This document shows positions 1 to 9,990 of a stretch of DNA of 52,351 nucleotides, one piece after another. How positions within the stretch are numbered: position 1 is the stretch's first letter; the number at the start of each line of letters is the position of its first letter. Origin of the DNA: a virus. Taxonomy: Duplodnaviria > Caudoviricetes. A program made the translations under genes and the position numbers. Under the pieces are notes generated by a model. The model made no database searches. It saw only the letters and a program-made list of their open reading frames with translations, and had not been told where the DNA came from. The stretch is from the IMG/VR virus record IMGVR_UViG_3300045733_000243, positions 1-52,351 of that record. One strand, 5' to 3'.

Positions 1-525
1 TGCTGGTATGCCGTTCGCACGAAGGCCACGGGCCATTGGAACGGCGACCGCAAGCAATCCACCCTCTGGAAGATCGACAAGCCCCAGAAGTCCGAGACGG
101 GCCACAGCACGCAAAAGCCGGTCGAGTGCATGCTCCGCCCCATCCAGAACAACTCCAGCCCAGGACAGGCGGTGTACGAACCGTTCTCGGGATCAGGAAC
201 CACGATTGCTGCAGCCGAACTATCCGGGCGCTGCTGTCACGCTATCGAACTTAATCCGCAATATGTCGATGTCGCGGTTGAGCGCTGGCAGAACCTATCT
301 GGCCAAGATGCCATCCACGCCGATACCGGCAAGACCTTCGCCGCAATGAAGGCTGAACGGTTGGCCAATTCAGACACGCCACCCGCTAAGGAGATCGTGG
401 AGCCGAAGGCTGAGAAGCCCCAGCGGACCACATCGAAGCCGGGCGACGGCAAGCTAACGGAGACAAAGAACCATGGCGCCAAAAACAAGCGCCAAACCCC
501 AAACGAAGCCAAGCCAAAAGCGTAA
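1..525 (+). CDS. DNA N6A/N4C methyltransferase, C-terminal part (5' end outside window)
   Basis: Frame is open from base 1 and contains HSTQKP and the SAM-binding EPFSGSGTT motif followed by IELNPQYVDV. Position just upstream of terS is typical for phage MTases. Confidence 0.9.
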   Translation, partial: CWYAVRTKATGHWNGDRKQSTLWKIDKPQKSETGHSTQKPVECMLRPIQNNSSPGQAVYEPFSGSGTTIAAAELSGRCCHAIELNPQYVDVAVERWQNLSGQDAIHADTGKTFAAMKAERLANSDTPPAKEIVEPKAEKPQRTTSKPGDGKLTETKNHGAKNKRQTPNEAKPKA

Positions 526-958
526 GACTGGCGCTGGAGCCCCGAAAGGCAACAAGAACGCAGTCGGCAACAAAGGCGGTCGCCCCTACAAACTCGTATC
601 CAATGAAAAAACGCTCGAAACGCTTTCCGGGTTGGCCAAAATCCAATGCACCACAAAGGAAGCTGGCGCCGTTTTTAACGTTGACGAGAAAACATTCATT
701 GAGTTTCTCCAGCGAGATGAAAAGGCTAGGAGTGTTTGGGAGTTTGGTAAAGAGAACGGTAAATCGAGCCTTCGCCGTGCGCAGTTGAAGGCTGCGCTTG
801 AGGGCAACACGACCATGATGGTGTGGATGGGAAAGCAACTACTAGGCCAAAAGGATAGGCTAGATGTTGGTGGCGACCCGGATAGTCCGATAAAGAATGA
901 AATATCCTTTAAAATCGAATTTGTGAAGAGCAAAGAGTGCATGGATGCTGGCGATTAA
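473..958 (+). CDS. terS: terminase small subunit (putative)
   Basis: GAPKGNKNAVGNKGGRP N-terminal motif, HTH-like middle, WMGKQLLGQKDR tail; lies upstream of terL. Confidence 0.7.
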   Translation: MAPKTSAKPQTKPSQKRKTGAGAPKGNKNAVGNKGGRPYKLVSNEKTLETLSGLAKIQCTTKEAGAVFNVDEKTFIEFLQRDEKARSVWEFGKENGKSSLRRAQLKAALEGNTTMMVWMGKQLLGQKDRLDVGGDPDSPIKNEISFKIEFVKSKECMDAGD

Positions 959-1028
959 TTCCAACAATGCTAGTTGCGGAAGGTTATCGTTCATGCAAAC
1001 ATAGTGTCGCAATCTAGGAAGTGGCGCT

Positions 1029-1739
1029 ATGAAATACAAATTGAAAAAGCTTCGCGGTCTTGTCGACTTAACTGGTCGGAGGTTTGGCCGACTCGTTGTC
1101 ACGTCCCTCGTTGAAAGGGATTGTAGCGGTCAGAATGACCACCTTTGGATGTTTCAATGCGACTGCGGAAAAGAAAAGGTAATACGCATCAAAAACGTTA
1201 AGTCAGGCAACACCCAATCGTGCGGATGTATCGCGCGGGAGGTGTTGATGAACCGAAGCATTACCCACGGCTTAACCATATCCCATCCAAGAGAATACCG
1301 CGCATGGAAGGAGATGAGATTGCGTTGCTCAAATGAGCACGATGTCGATTGGAAAGACTATGGCGGAAGGGGTATTTCGGTTTGCGATCGGTGGCAGCAT
1401 GGAGATGGGAAGATGTCTGCGCCGGAGTGTTTTGTTTTGGACATGGGCAGGAGACCTCCGCGCACAAGCCTTGATCGCATTGATGTTAACGGGAATTACG
1501 AGCCTGAAAATTGCCGATGGGCTGATGCCAAGCAGCAGGCGTCTAACAAGCGGACAAACGTTTTTATCGATTTTCGCGGCGAGACCCACACTATCACCGA
1601 GTGGTGCCGACGCTTATGCGTTGAACGAACCAGAGTGCAGTATCGCATGAAGGTGGGAATGTCTTTCGAGGAGGCGATAATTGAAACGGATCTGCGAAAA
1701 ACGAATACAAATCGCAGACGGCTTCTCGTTCCTGTTTGA
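1029..1739 (+). CDS. free-standing HNH-type homing endonuclease
   Basis: DLTGRRFGRLVV, CDCG/SCGC, YGGRGISVCDRW and SLDRIDVNGNYEPENCRWA motifs of a common phage HNH family. Confidence 0.85.
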   Translation: MKYKLKKLRGLVDLTGRRFGRLVVTSLVERDCSGQNDHLWMFQCDCGKEKVIRIKNVKSGNTQSCGCIAREVLMNRSITHGLTISHPREYRAWKEMRLRCSNEHDVDWKDYGGRGISVCDRWQHGDGKMSAPECFVLDMGRRPPRTSLDRIDVNGNYEPENCRWADAKQQASNKRTNVFIDFRGETHTITEWCRRLCVERTRVQYRMKVGMSFEEAIIETDLRKTNTNRRRLLVPV

Positions 1740-2985
1740 AAATAAGGCAAGATATCGTGCAGCATACGGGGGGCGCGGCAGTGGAAAATCCCATTCTTTT
1801 GCATCTGCCCTTGTTTTGATTGGGGCAACGCGCCCTATACGCGTCCTGTGTTGCCGAGAGATTCAGAAGTCAATCGCGGATTCTGTCAAAAAGCTACTTG
1901 ATGACTGCATCTCCGCGTTTGGCCTTGGGCCAGTCTACCGCTCCACGCAAACGAGCATCACCACACCAGCCGGGACGGAATTCATCTTCGCCGGGCTGCG
2001 GACGAACGCCGACTCCATCAAGTCCATGGAGGGCATTGACATTGCGTGGGTGGAGGAAGCGAACACCGTCTCACAGCGCTCGATGGATTTGCTCATTCCG
2101 ACCGTGCGCAAGCCGGGGTCTGAGTTGTGGTTCACCTGGAACCCTCGCGACGCGAAAGACCCGGTTGACGCGATGTTTCGCGGCGGCGAACCGCCGCCGA
2201 ACTCGATTGTCCGCAAGGTCAACTTCACGGACAACCCATGGTTTCCCGACGTGCTCCGGGAAGACATGGAGTGGGACAAGCGGCGCGATCCTGACAAGTA
2301 CGCCCATGTCTGGCTTGGGGAGTACCGACGCAACTCCGAAGCGCGGGTGTTCAAGAACTGGCGCATTGGCGTTCTGGAGGTTCCCGAAGATGCGCGGCCG
2401 TACTATGGGGCGGACTGGGGCTTTGCAACTGACCCGTCTGTGCTGGTGCGGTCTTACCTGCTTGACGAGCGCACGCTGTACATAGACCGGGAAGCCTACG
2501 CGGTGGGGTGCGAGATCGATCACACGCCAGCGCTGTTCGCGGGCGATGATACCGCCACGCCGCCACGGTGGGCAAACCCGAAGCGGTGGTCTGGAGTTCC
2601 GGGCGCCGCCAAGTGGCCCATAACTGCGGATAGCGCCCGCCCCGAGACGATTTCGTACATGGCAAAGCGCGGGTTCAGGATTACGGGCGCCCGCAAAGGT
2701 CCTGGCTCAGTTGAGGAGGGCGTCGCCTTCCTGCAATCGTGTGACATAGTTGTGCATCCTGACTGCAAGCATGTAATTGATGAGCTAACTTTGTACTCTC
2801 ACAAAGTAGATAAGCTTACCAATGAAGTGCTTCCTGTATTGGAAGACAAGAAAAATCACTGCATAGATGCAATCAGGTATTCACACGAAGGCTCGCGGAC
2901 CGTTTTCAAGGGCCAAGCTATGTTTGAGCTTGCCCGTCAACGTGCTGAACGGCAACCAACGCGTCAACTAGAGAAGATAATCTAA
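1681..2985 (+). CDS. terL: terminase large subunit, PBSX family
   Basis: Walker A YGGRGSGKS, Walker B WVEEA, nuclease motifs GADWG and HCIDAIRY. TTG start follows GAGGAG at 1668-1673. Confidence 0.95.
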   Translation: MKRICEKRIQIADGFSFLFENKARYRAAYGGRGSGKSHSFASALVLIGATRPIRVLCCREIQKSIADSVKKLLDDCISAFGLGPVYRSTQTSITTPAGTEFIFAGLRTNADSIKSMEGIDIAWVEEANTVSQRSMDLLIPTVRKPGSELWFTWNPRDAKDPVDAMFRGGEPPPNSIVRKVNFTDNPWFPDVLREDMEWDKRRDPDKYAHVWLGEYRRNSEARVFKNWRIGVLEVPEDARPYYGADWGFATDPSVLVRSYLLDERTLYIDREAYAVGCEIDHTPALFAGDDTATPPRWANPKRWSGVPGAAKWPITADSARPETISYMAKRGFRITGARKGPGSVEEGVAFLQSCDIVVHPDCKHVIDELTLYSHKVDKLTNEVLPVLEDKKNHCIDAIRYSHEGSRTVFKGQAMFELARQRAERQPTRQLEKII

Positions 2986-4430
2986 TGCCCCCAAAAGGTG
3001 GAACGCGAACGCCGCTGAACGTTTCCTTTCAGCAGTCGTTTAGCCCCGCGTGGGGCGTATTCGGCCCTGGTGAGCCGCTGGTCCCGCCAGACCCACAACC
3101 GCCCCGCCGCATTGATTTCCCCGTTGGCGTCAACACGATCCAGACGCCACGGGCTTACGAGAGCTTTGGGTTTCCCGAGCTTCGCGCCTTCGCGAACGTG
3201 GAACTGGTGCGGCTCGCCATCGAGACGCGTAAGGATCAGCTTGAGCGCCTCCGCTGGACGGTCAAGCCCATTGAGGGGCGTCGCCTTCGTGCCGATGCGG
3301 AAGAGCGGGCGCGCAAGGTAAAGAAGTTTTTGCGCAAGCCGGACGGGACGACGCACTTTTCGGTGTGGTTGCGGCAGTCGCTTGAAGACTTGTTCGTGCT
3401 CGATGCACCTGCTTTTGAGTGTCGTCGAAATCGAAATGGCGAACTTATCGCGCTAGATTTAGTTCCTGGCGATACGGTGAAACTCCTTGTTGACCAGAAC
3501 GGCAGAACACCAATAGCGCCAGCCCCGGCATATCAGCAGATAATCAAGGGACGCGTCTGGGCAAACCTGACAACGCAAGATTTGCTGTACTTGCCTCGCA
3601 ATCCGCGCGCTGGTAAAATCTACGGGCTTAGCGTTGTTGAGCAGATTATCGTAACGATAAACACGGCGTTACAAAGGCAAGCCTCGCAACTTGCCTACTT
3701 TACTGCCGGAAATGTCCCCGCTGGACTTGCGACCGTCCCCGATGGATGGACCGTTGACCAGTTGAAGGCATGGCAAGAGTGGATGGACGACGCGCTATCC
3801 GGCAACCTTGCCGAACGGCGCAAAATCCTCTGGGCTCCGGCTGGCTCGAAATATCAGGCGTTCAAAGAAGCCCCGATCAAGGATGACTTCGACGAGTGGG
3901 TGGCGCGCATCGTCTGCTTTGCGTTCTCCCTTCCGCCGACGCCTTTCATTCGGCAGATGAACCGGGGGACGGCGACCGACGATAACGAGCGCGCGATGGA
4001 GGAGGGGTTAGCCCCTCTGATGGCGTGGGTGAAGCGCCTGGGCGATTACATCATCCAGGACGAATTCGGCTTTGCGGATCTGGAGTTTGCCCACGAGTCC
4101 GAGCGCGACGTTGATCCCGAGAAACAGGCGCGCTGCAATGACACCTACCTGAAGACGGGCGCTCTCACCATCAACGAGGTGCGCGACAGCGTTGGACGCG
4201 ACCCGATTGATGGCGGAGACAAGCCGCTGATCTACACGGCGACGGGCGTCCAGACCCTTGAGCGAGCGCTTGCCGAGCCTGAACCGGCGCAGATCGCGGC
4301 GCCCGGCAACGAACCGGCTTCCGAGCCATCCGACGCGGCGCCAGCCACCGACCCAGAGTCCGCGGTAAAGCTCGCGGCCGTGGTCGCCGAGCTATTGCGA
4401 ACACATCCCGCCCTTGCGGCGAAAAACTGA
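2985..4430 (+). CDS. portal protein
   Basis: 481 aa directly after terL, with YGLSVVE, YFTAGNVP and LTINEVRDSVGRDPI portal motifs. Confidence 0.9.
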   Translation: MPPKGGTRTPLNVSFQQSFSPAWGVFGPGEPLVPPDPQPPRRIDFPVGVNTIQTPRAYESFGFPELRAFANVELVRLAIETRKDQLERLRWTVKPIEGRRLRADAEERARKVKKFLRKPDGTTHFSVWLRQSLEDLFVLDAPAFECRRNRNGELIALDLVPGDTVKLLVDQNGRTPIAPAPAYQQIIKGRVWANLTTQDLLYLPRNPRAGKIYGLSVVEQIIVTINTALQRQASQLAYFTAGNVPAGLATVPDGWTVDQLKAWQEWMDDALSGNLAERRKILWAPAGSKYQAFKEAPIKDDFDEWVARIVCFAFSLPPTPFIRQMNRGTATDDNERAMEEGLAPLMAWVKRLGDYIIQDEFGFADLEFAHESERDVDPEKQARCNDTYLKTGALTINEVRDSVGRDPIDGGDKPLIYTATGVQTLERALAEPEPAQIAAPGNEPASEPSDAAPATDPESAVKLAAVVAELLRTHPALAAKN

Positions 4431-4438
4431 GGAAAATC

Positions 4439-5848
4439 ATGCGACTATATGGAGAGATTTCCAAAGTCGAGCCGCAGGACGACGGCACGATCAAGGTATA
4501 CGGCATTGCGTCGAGCCCCGCGCTTGACGCCCATGGCGAGGTGGTGACGAGCGCGGCCATGAAGGCCGCCATCCCGGACTATCTTGCGTTCCCAACCATC
4601 CGCGAGATGCACGACGCCACCAAAGCTGCCGGGCGCGCCATTGAAATCGGCGTTGATGACGACGGATCAACCTCCATCGTCGCCCATGTCGTTGACCCCA
4701 TCGCCATCACCAAGGTGAAGAACAGCGTTTACGCGGGGTTTTCCATCGGCGGGCGCATCAAGAAGCGGAACGCCGATGACCGCACGATCATTGAGGGGCT
4801 GGAGTTGGTGGAAATCTCGCTTGTGGATCGCCCAAGTTGCCCGGAAGCCGTGGTGAGCCTCTGGAAGAGCGACACGCCAGCTGAAGGCGACGATCCGGCC
4901 GACGAATTGGCCAAGACTGACGCCCCGACCCAAGTCGAGGAACCGGCTGAGACCGCCGAGGAAATCGCCAAGGTCGATCCGGTCGAAGATCTCACCGACG
5001 CGCAAAAGGCCGCATCCGAAGCTGACGCCATCATGAAGAGCGTCATGGCCACGCTGGAGCGCCTTGAGAAGGGCGCCGAAGTCGAGACTGCCCCGCGCCC
5101 AATCCCGCCCGCTCTTGTGGCTGGCCTGGAGTTGCGCAAAGGCATGTACGATCTGCGCAACCTTGGCTGCATCCTCAGCGATCTGGCCTATGCCATTTTC
5201 AACGCCGATTGGGAAACGAGCGACGAAGGCGACGCCTCGCCAGTCCCGGCAAAGCTCCGCACCGCATTCAATGCGCTCGTGGAAGCCTACCGAGCCATGT
5301 CGGATGAGGAAATCGCTGAACTGGTCGCGAGCGTCAACGGCACGGAGTTGACGAAAGCGGCGGTGATCAGCCTGGGTGATCTGGCCAAGGTGGAAGGCGA
5401 ACTCCCCGCAGAGCAGATCGAAGCCCTGACCGGCGCAATCAAGCCGCTGCTGGCCAAGGGCCTCGCCCTCGCCGACCCCGCAGACGATACCGATCGCTTG
5501 ACGAAGGTCGCGGAGGCTGACGACAGGCTGGCCAAGGCCGAAACCGCTGTCGAGCGCCTGACCACCGAAAACGCCACGCTGCACAAGTCGGTTGGCGACA
5601 TGACGGCCGGACTTGCGGCCCTTCGCGACCGCGTTGAGAAGCTGGCCACCGAGCCTCTGCCGTCAAAAACGGCGGGGAGTGTGCTGGCCCGCGCGGTGAG
5701 CAAGGAAGAGGACGTGGGACGGGCAATCGAGCGTCCGGCTTTCACAGAGGAAGACGTGCAGAAAGTTCTTGCAGCACTTCCGGCAGATGAGAGGGCAATG
5801 CTTCTAATTAAAGCTGCCCACAAGACGCCAAGAGCAGCAAACCGCTAA
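4439..5848 (+). CDS. prohead protease fused to scaffold-like coiled-coil region
   Basis: VYGIAS, REMH, GFSIGG and EISLVDRP protease motifs in the first ~140 aa, then an acidic helical extension. Confidence 0.85.
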   Translation: MRLYGEISKVEPQDDGTIKVYGIASSPALDAHGEVVTSAAMKAAIPDYLAFPTIREMHDATKAAGRAIEIGVDDDGSTSIVAHVVDPIAITKVKNSVYAGFSIGGRIKKRNADDRTIIEGLELVEISLVDRPSCPEAVVSLWKSDTPAEGDDPADELAKTDAPTQVEEPAETAEEIAKVDPVEDLTDAQKAASEADAIMKSVMATLERLEKGAEVETAPRPIPPALVAGLELRKGMYDLRNLGCILSDLAYAIFNADWETSDEGDASPVPAKLRTAFNALVEAYRAMSDEEIAELVASVNGTELTKAAVISLGDLAKVEGELPAEQIEALTGAIKPLLAKGLALADPADDTDRLTKVAEADDRLAKAETAVERLTTENATLHKSVGDMTAGLAALRDRVEKLATEPLPSKTAGSVLARAVSKEEDVGRAIERPAFTEEDVQKVLAALPADERAMLLIKAAHKTPRAANR

Positions 5849-5887
5849 CACAACACAGTTTTCACGGCCAGCAAAAGGCCGAACCGC

Positions 5888-5917
5888 AAGCCGCCCTCGT
5901 TTTGAGGCGGCTTTTTT
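5888..5917 (+). terminator. intrinsic terminator-like hairpin
   Basis: AAGCCGCCCTC-GTTTT-GAGGCGGCTTTTTT. Confidence 0.7.
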
Positions 5918-5939
5918 GTTGGCCAAAAGGAAAGCCAAA

Positions 5940-7466
5940 ATGAACGAAAACGATCTTATCATGAGCCTGATCCGTGATTCTCGCTCGAATCCGTCAGAAG
6001 ACATTGCCACAAAGGTGCTGTCGCTGGCTGGATACGGCGATGATCTGGCGAAGAGCATCACCACTGCTAGCGGACTGGTCGCCTATGACCTCCAGGCCCC
6101 GGCGAAGAACCTCTATCCGTTCGTAACCCCCATCCGCAACCGGCTTCCCCGCGTTGAAGGTGGTCGCGGTCTGGCCACCAACTGGCGTCAGGTTTCCGCG
6201 CTGACCGGCTCGGGCTTCGACAACAGCCCATGGGTGCCGGAAGGCCAGCGGGCGGGCAAGATGGCATACGCCACCGCGAACAAATCAGCTTCATATGTCA
6301 CTCTCGGCGAAGAGGACGACATCACATTTGAAGCCGATCACGCCGGGCGCACCTTCGAAGATCTCCGCGCGTCGATGACCTTCCGCCTGCTCCAGAAAGC
6401 GATGCTGAAGGAAGAGGCTGGCATCATCTGGGGCAATAACAGCCTGTCCGTCAGCGCTCCCGCTACACCGACGCTCTCGGCGTCCGGGTCCGGCGCAACT
6501 CTGCCAGCCGCCACATACTCGGTTATCGCTGTCGCCCTGACCGGCGAAGGCTATTTCAACTCCAGCCTCGTCAATGGCGTCGCCACCAGCGCGACCGTGA
6601 CTGGCGCCGATGGCCAGACTTTCACGCTCAATGGCGGTTCGTCCAACAAGTCGTCTGCCGGTTCTCAGGCCGTGACGCTTGGCCAGACGCTCTTCTGTAG
6701 CGTTCCGGTTGTGTCCGGCGCCGTGGCCTATGCATGGTATGTGGGCGTGTCCGGTTCCGAGAAGCTGGAGCGCATCACCACCATCAACAGCGCGGCTTTC
6801 TCGGCTCCTCTGGCGGCCACACATCAGGCCGCGACCGCGATCACCGCGAATTGCTCCACCAACAGCACTGCGTTCGATGGGCTGGTGTCCACGGCGGCCA
6901 ATTCTGCGAATGGCGCATCCGTGACCGCGTTGGCCACAGGCACAGCCGGAACCGGCACAGTGCTCACCGCGTCGGGTCGGGGTTCGGTCAACGAAATCGA
7001 CAACATGTTGCAGGCGATGTACGACACCTACCAGTTGTCGCCCACCGTGCTGTATGTCAACAGCCAGCAAATCAAGGACATTACCGCGAAGTGCCTGTCC
7101 TCTGGTTCGGGGCCGTTGCTCCAGTACTTCAAGGACGCCAACGCTGGCGAGTATGCGCTTACCGCTGGCGGCGTGATTGAGTACTACTTCAATCCGTTCT
7201 CCAATAACGGCGGGACTAAAATTCCGATCAAGATCCATCCTAAAGCAGTTCCCGGCACTATCTTTGGCTGGTGCGAAGATTTGCCAGCACAGTATCAGAG
7301 TAATAACGTGCCAAATGTTGCTGAAATGCGTATTAGGCAAGCTTTTTATCAGATTGATTGGCCTTTAGTTACTCGTAAGCGCGCTTCTGGCGTGTATATT
7401 GAGGAAGTATTGGCTGTATATGCTCCGTTTGCAATGGGACTTTTACAGAATGTTGCAGCAGGATAA
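5940..7466 (+). CDS. major capsid protein with a Ser/Thr/Ala-rich insertion domain
   Basis: Position after the protease. GLVAYDLQAPAKNLYP...TPIRNRLPR N-terminus and EVLAVYAPFAMG C-terminus. ATG at 5940 follows AAGGA. Confidence 0.85.
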   Translation: MNENDLIMSLIRDSRSNPSEDIATKVLSLAGYGDDLAKSITTASGLVAYDLQAPAKNLYPFVTPIRNRLPRVEGGRGLATNWRQVSALTGSGFDNSPWVPEGQRAGKMAYATANKSASYVTLGEEDDITFEADHAGRTFEDLRASMTFRLLQKAMLKEEAGIIWGNNSLSVSAPATPTLSASGSGATLPAATYSVIAVALTGEGYFNSSLVNGVATSATVTGADGQTFTLNGGSSNKSSAGSQAVTLGQTLFCSVPVVSGAVAYAWYVGVSGSEKLERITTINSAAFSAPLAATHQAATAITANCSTNSTAFDGLVSTAANSANGASVTALATGTAGTGTVLTASGRGSVNEIDNMLQAMYDTYQLSPTVLYVNSQQIKDITAKCLSSGSGPLLQYFKDANAGEYALTAGGVIEYYFNPFSNNGGTKIPIKIHPKAVPGTIFGWCEDLPAQYQSNNVPNVAEMRIRQAFYQIDWPLVTRKRASGVYIEEVLAVYAPFAMGLLQNVAAG

Positions 7467-7584
7467 TCTTTGACATCGCGAAATTAAGTTTCGCTTTTCA
7501 TCGATATTGTGCATACAAACAAGCATCGGCTCTGCTTTCAACAGTGCCGATGCTCTAACTGCCAACTGTTATTGGAGCCGCCCC

Positions 7585-7842
7585 ATGGCCGCAGTAAGAA
7601 GAAAAACCCCCGCTGCAAAGGCCACGACCAGCCAAGCGGCGCCCGAGCCTGAAACCATCGAAATCACCGACCCCGTCGAAGTCCCTCCCGGTTTCGTGGC
7701 CATCTGGACCGACAGCGGGGCCACCTGCATCAGCTTCGCTGGCGTCGTGCATGAGACGGTAGGCAACGGTGTTTTCCACGTCCCCGCCGCCGCTGTGGCT
7801 GATCTCGTGGGTTCCCACGGGTTCTTCCCGGTCGAGGGCTGA
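7585..7842 (+). CDS. hypothetical virion-associated protein
   Basis: GGAG SD before ATG 7585; lies between capsid and connector genes. Confidence 0.65.
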   Translation: MAAVRRKTPAAKATTSQAAPEPETIEITDPVEVPPGFVAIWTDSGATCISFAGVVHETVGNGVFHVPAAAVADLVGSHGFFPVEG

Positions 7843-7845
7843 GCG

Positions 7846-8427
7846 ATGGCGCTGGGCGACCTGACGACACTGGACACCGCGCTCGCGTGGCTCCACCTGG
7901 ACAACGACGAAAACGACACGATCACGCGGCTGATTTCGGCAATCTCCACGCAGACACAGCAGTTTGTGAGCTACGCGTTTGCCTCACAAGGCTACGACAG
8001 GTTTTTCAACGGGCGCGGCTCCCGGTCTGTGTCCCTGCCTGACAGCCCGATCACTGCGGTCGAGTTGGTCGAACTCTGGGGCCGCCCGGTTCCGCCGCGC
8101 GCCGGAACAATCCCCGGCTTCGTGTTCGACGAAAACCGCGTCATGGTCGATGCGCCCTATGTGTTCGACCGGGCGATGCAGAACGTCCGCATCAAATACA
8201 CGGCTGGGTATGCGACGACTCCCGCAGATGTTGAGCAGGCCGTCTTGATGTGGCTCAAGGCAACGCTGGACACGCAAGAAAACGGCGCAAACGTCTCCGA
8301 GCTTCGGGCAGGCGATCATCAGATCAAATACGCCAACACGGCGAACATAGGGCGCGGATTCATCGTCCCCATGCCCGTGCAGGTCTACGCAATATTGCAG
8401 CCGTACCAACGGGTTATTCCGGTGTAG
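7846..8427 (+). CDS. head-tail connector/adaptor
   Basis: DLTTL...N-terminus, NVRIKYTAGY...PADVEQA motif, ILQPY tail; synteny. Confidence 0.8.
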   Translation: MALGDLTTLDTALAWLHLDNDENDTITRLISAISTQTQQFVSYAFASQGYDRFFNGRGSRSVSLPDSPITAVELVELWGRPVPPRAGTIPGFVFDENRVMVDAPYVFDRAMQNVRIKYTAGYATTPADVEQAVLMWLKATLDTQENGANVSELRAGDHQIKYANTANIGRGFIVPMPVQVYAILQPYQRVIPV

Positions 8428-8452
8428 CGCTGCACTCAGCACGAGAATTTCC

Positions 8453-8698
8453 TTGAGAGTCTATCTATTTGGGACAGTCGCAGCTCGCGCGCCCCGCACC
8501 ACGATGGCCGTCCGCCCTGGCACACGTCCCGCGTCCGATCCCGATGAGTGGCACAAAGACGGCAAGCCCGTGCAATTCACCGTCGAGTTTCGGTACGGCG
8601 AAGCTGAAGTTCCAGCCCCGCTCGCCAGATACATGATCCGCCACGGTATGGCGAAAGCAACACGGCTAGTTCTTCCGAGTAAAATCAGGGCGGCGTGA
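8453..8698 (+). CDS. hypothetical protein
   Basis: Fills the gap in the neck cluster with plausible composition; start is uncertain. Confidence 0.55.
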   Translation: MRVYLFGTVAARAPRTTMAVRPGTRPASDPDEWHKDGKPVQFTVEFRYGEAEVPAPLARYMIRHGMAKATRLVLPSKIRAA

Positions 8699-8701
8699 CC
8701 G

Positions 8702-9073
8702 ATGAGCTTTCTCTTTCCCCACAAAATCGACGTGCGGCGGCCAAACAGCCACGCAGCGCTCCCACGCGCTCCCGCTGTAGTTGCGACACTCGGTTATGGC
8801 GGCGTTGAGCCATCGGATGAGTCCACGGTGCTGCGGAGCATCCCCGCATCGATCCAACTCAAAGGCGGCGCGGGCGAACGTCACAACCCGCTCCCGGCGG
8901 ACACTGCCGCGATGGGGTCTTGGGACGTCTACATTCCGAGACGCGCGGTTGCGCAAGGCAAGATCAAGCCGCGCGATATCGTGGTTGATGAAGCTGGCGA
9001 GCGGTATCATGTGACGCATTCGTATTGGTCGCCTCTTGGACATAGACTTCGTTGCCGGTTGCTCGAAGTGTAG
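8702..9073 (+). CDS. head closure/stopper protein (putative)
   Basis: 123 aa with IKPRDIVVDEAGERYHV beta-barrel motif; synteny. Confidence 0.65.
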   Translation: MSFLFPHKIDVRRPNSHAALPRAPAVVATLGYGGVEPSDESTVLRSIPASIQLKGGAGERHNPLPADTAAMGSWDVYIPRRAVAQGKIKPRDIVVDEAGERYHVTHSYWSPLGHRLRCRLLEV

Positions 9074-9103
9074 CACAGACTAACACCGCAAACATCAGAA
9101 TTC

Positions 9104-9128
9104 AGGCCGCCTCGTGCGGCCTTTTTTA
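9104..9128 (+). terminator. intrinsic terminator-like hairpin
   Basis: AGGCCGC-CTCGT-GCGGCCTTTTTT. Confidence 0.65.
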
Positions 9129-9139
9129 TTGGGTATCCC

Positions 9140-9946
9140 GTGCCTGATCTAGAAGAAGTGTCAGAAACGCTCGCGGCGAACATCGCGGCGCTTCTGGCGA
9201 ACGACGACGGGTCGCCCAAGAACGGCGCGCATACCGCCGTGTTCGCGGGATGGCCGGTTCCGAGCGATCTGAAAACGGCTCTCGCGGCCGGACACGTCTG
9301 CGTCTCGGTCTACCCCATGCCGGGCGCCACATCGAACGTCACACGGCACGCTCCCGAGTGGGTGCTGAAGACGCCATCCATCATCACGACCACGGCGGCG
9401 GTCACGGACAACACCATCACATTCGCCGGGGCGATCACATTGCCGCTGAACGTTGGCGTCCAGGTGGGGCCTATCCAAGCGGCATACGCGGCTCAAGTCG
9501 GCGGCACGCTTGAGACCCTGGCCACGGGCGTTGCGGTGGCGCTCCAGGCTGAGGGCATCCCTGCCACAGCAGCCGGACCAACGGTGGTCATCGGCAGTCC
9601 CGACGCGGCGCGCGTGACACTGGGAAGCCGCGCTGTGTTCTGGCGCGAGAGCGTCCAAGTCAAGCAGGTCTACAACATCGGCATTTGGGCTCCAAGCCCC
9701 GCGCTGCGCAAGGCAACTGCGGCGGCGTTTATTGGCAATCTCTTCGCCGATCCAAGAAAAACCCTCACGGATGGGACTACGGGAATACTCCTATACCAGC
9801 GTGAGACTGTGTCTGACCATAGCGAACTCGAAAATTTGTACAGGCGGGATGTGTTCGCCTCCGTTGAGTACCCCATCATGGAAACGACAGAGGCTTGGGA
9901 TGTGGTTGTAGCAACAAGAACCACTGAAGTTGTTGCTTCGATATAG
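9140..9946 (+). CDS. tail terminator/completion protein (putative)
   Basis: Immediately upstream of the sheath gene; assignment is by synteny only. Confidence 0.55.
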   Translation: MPDLEEVSETLAANIAALLANDDGSPKNGAHTAVFAGWPVPSDLKTALAAGHVCVSVYPMPGATSNVTRHAPEWVLKTPSIITTTAAVTDNTITFAGAITLPLNVGVQVGPIQAAYAAQVGGTLETLATGVAVALQAEGIPATAAGPTVVIGSPDAARVTLGSRAVFWRESVQVKQVYNIGIWAPSPALRKATAAAFIGNLFADPRKTLTDGTTGILLYQRETVSDHSELENLYRRDVFASVEYPIMETTEAWDVVVATRTTEVVASI

Positions 9947-9990
9947 CAATTAAGATGGCCGTTGCTACGGCTTAATAGAGGAATTCCACC

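Noticed and set aside
940-1740. Group I intron or intein hosting the HNH within the terminase genes
   Set aside because: terS ends and terL starts with their own signals, and the 70-nt gap is too short for a ribozyme core.
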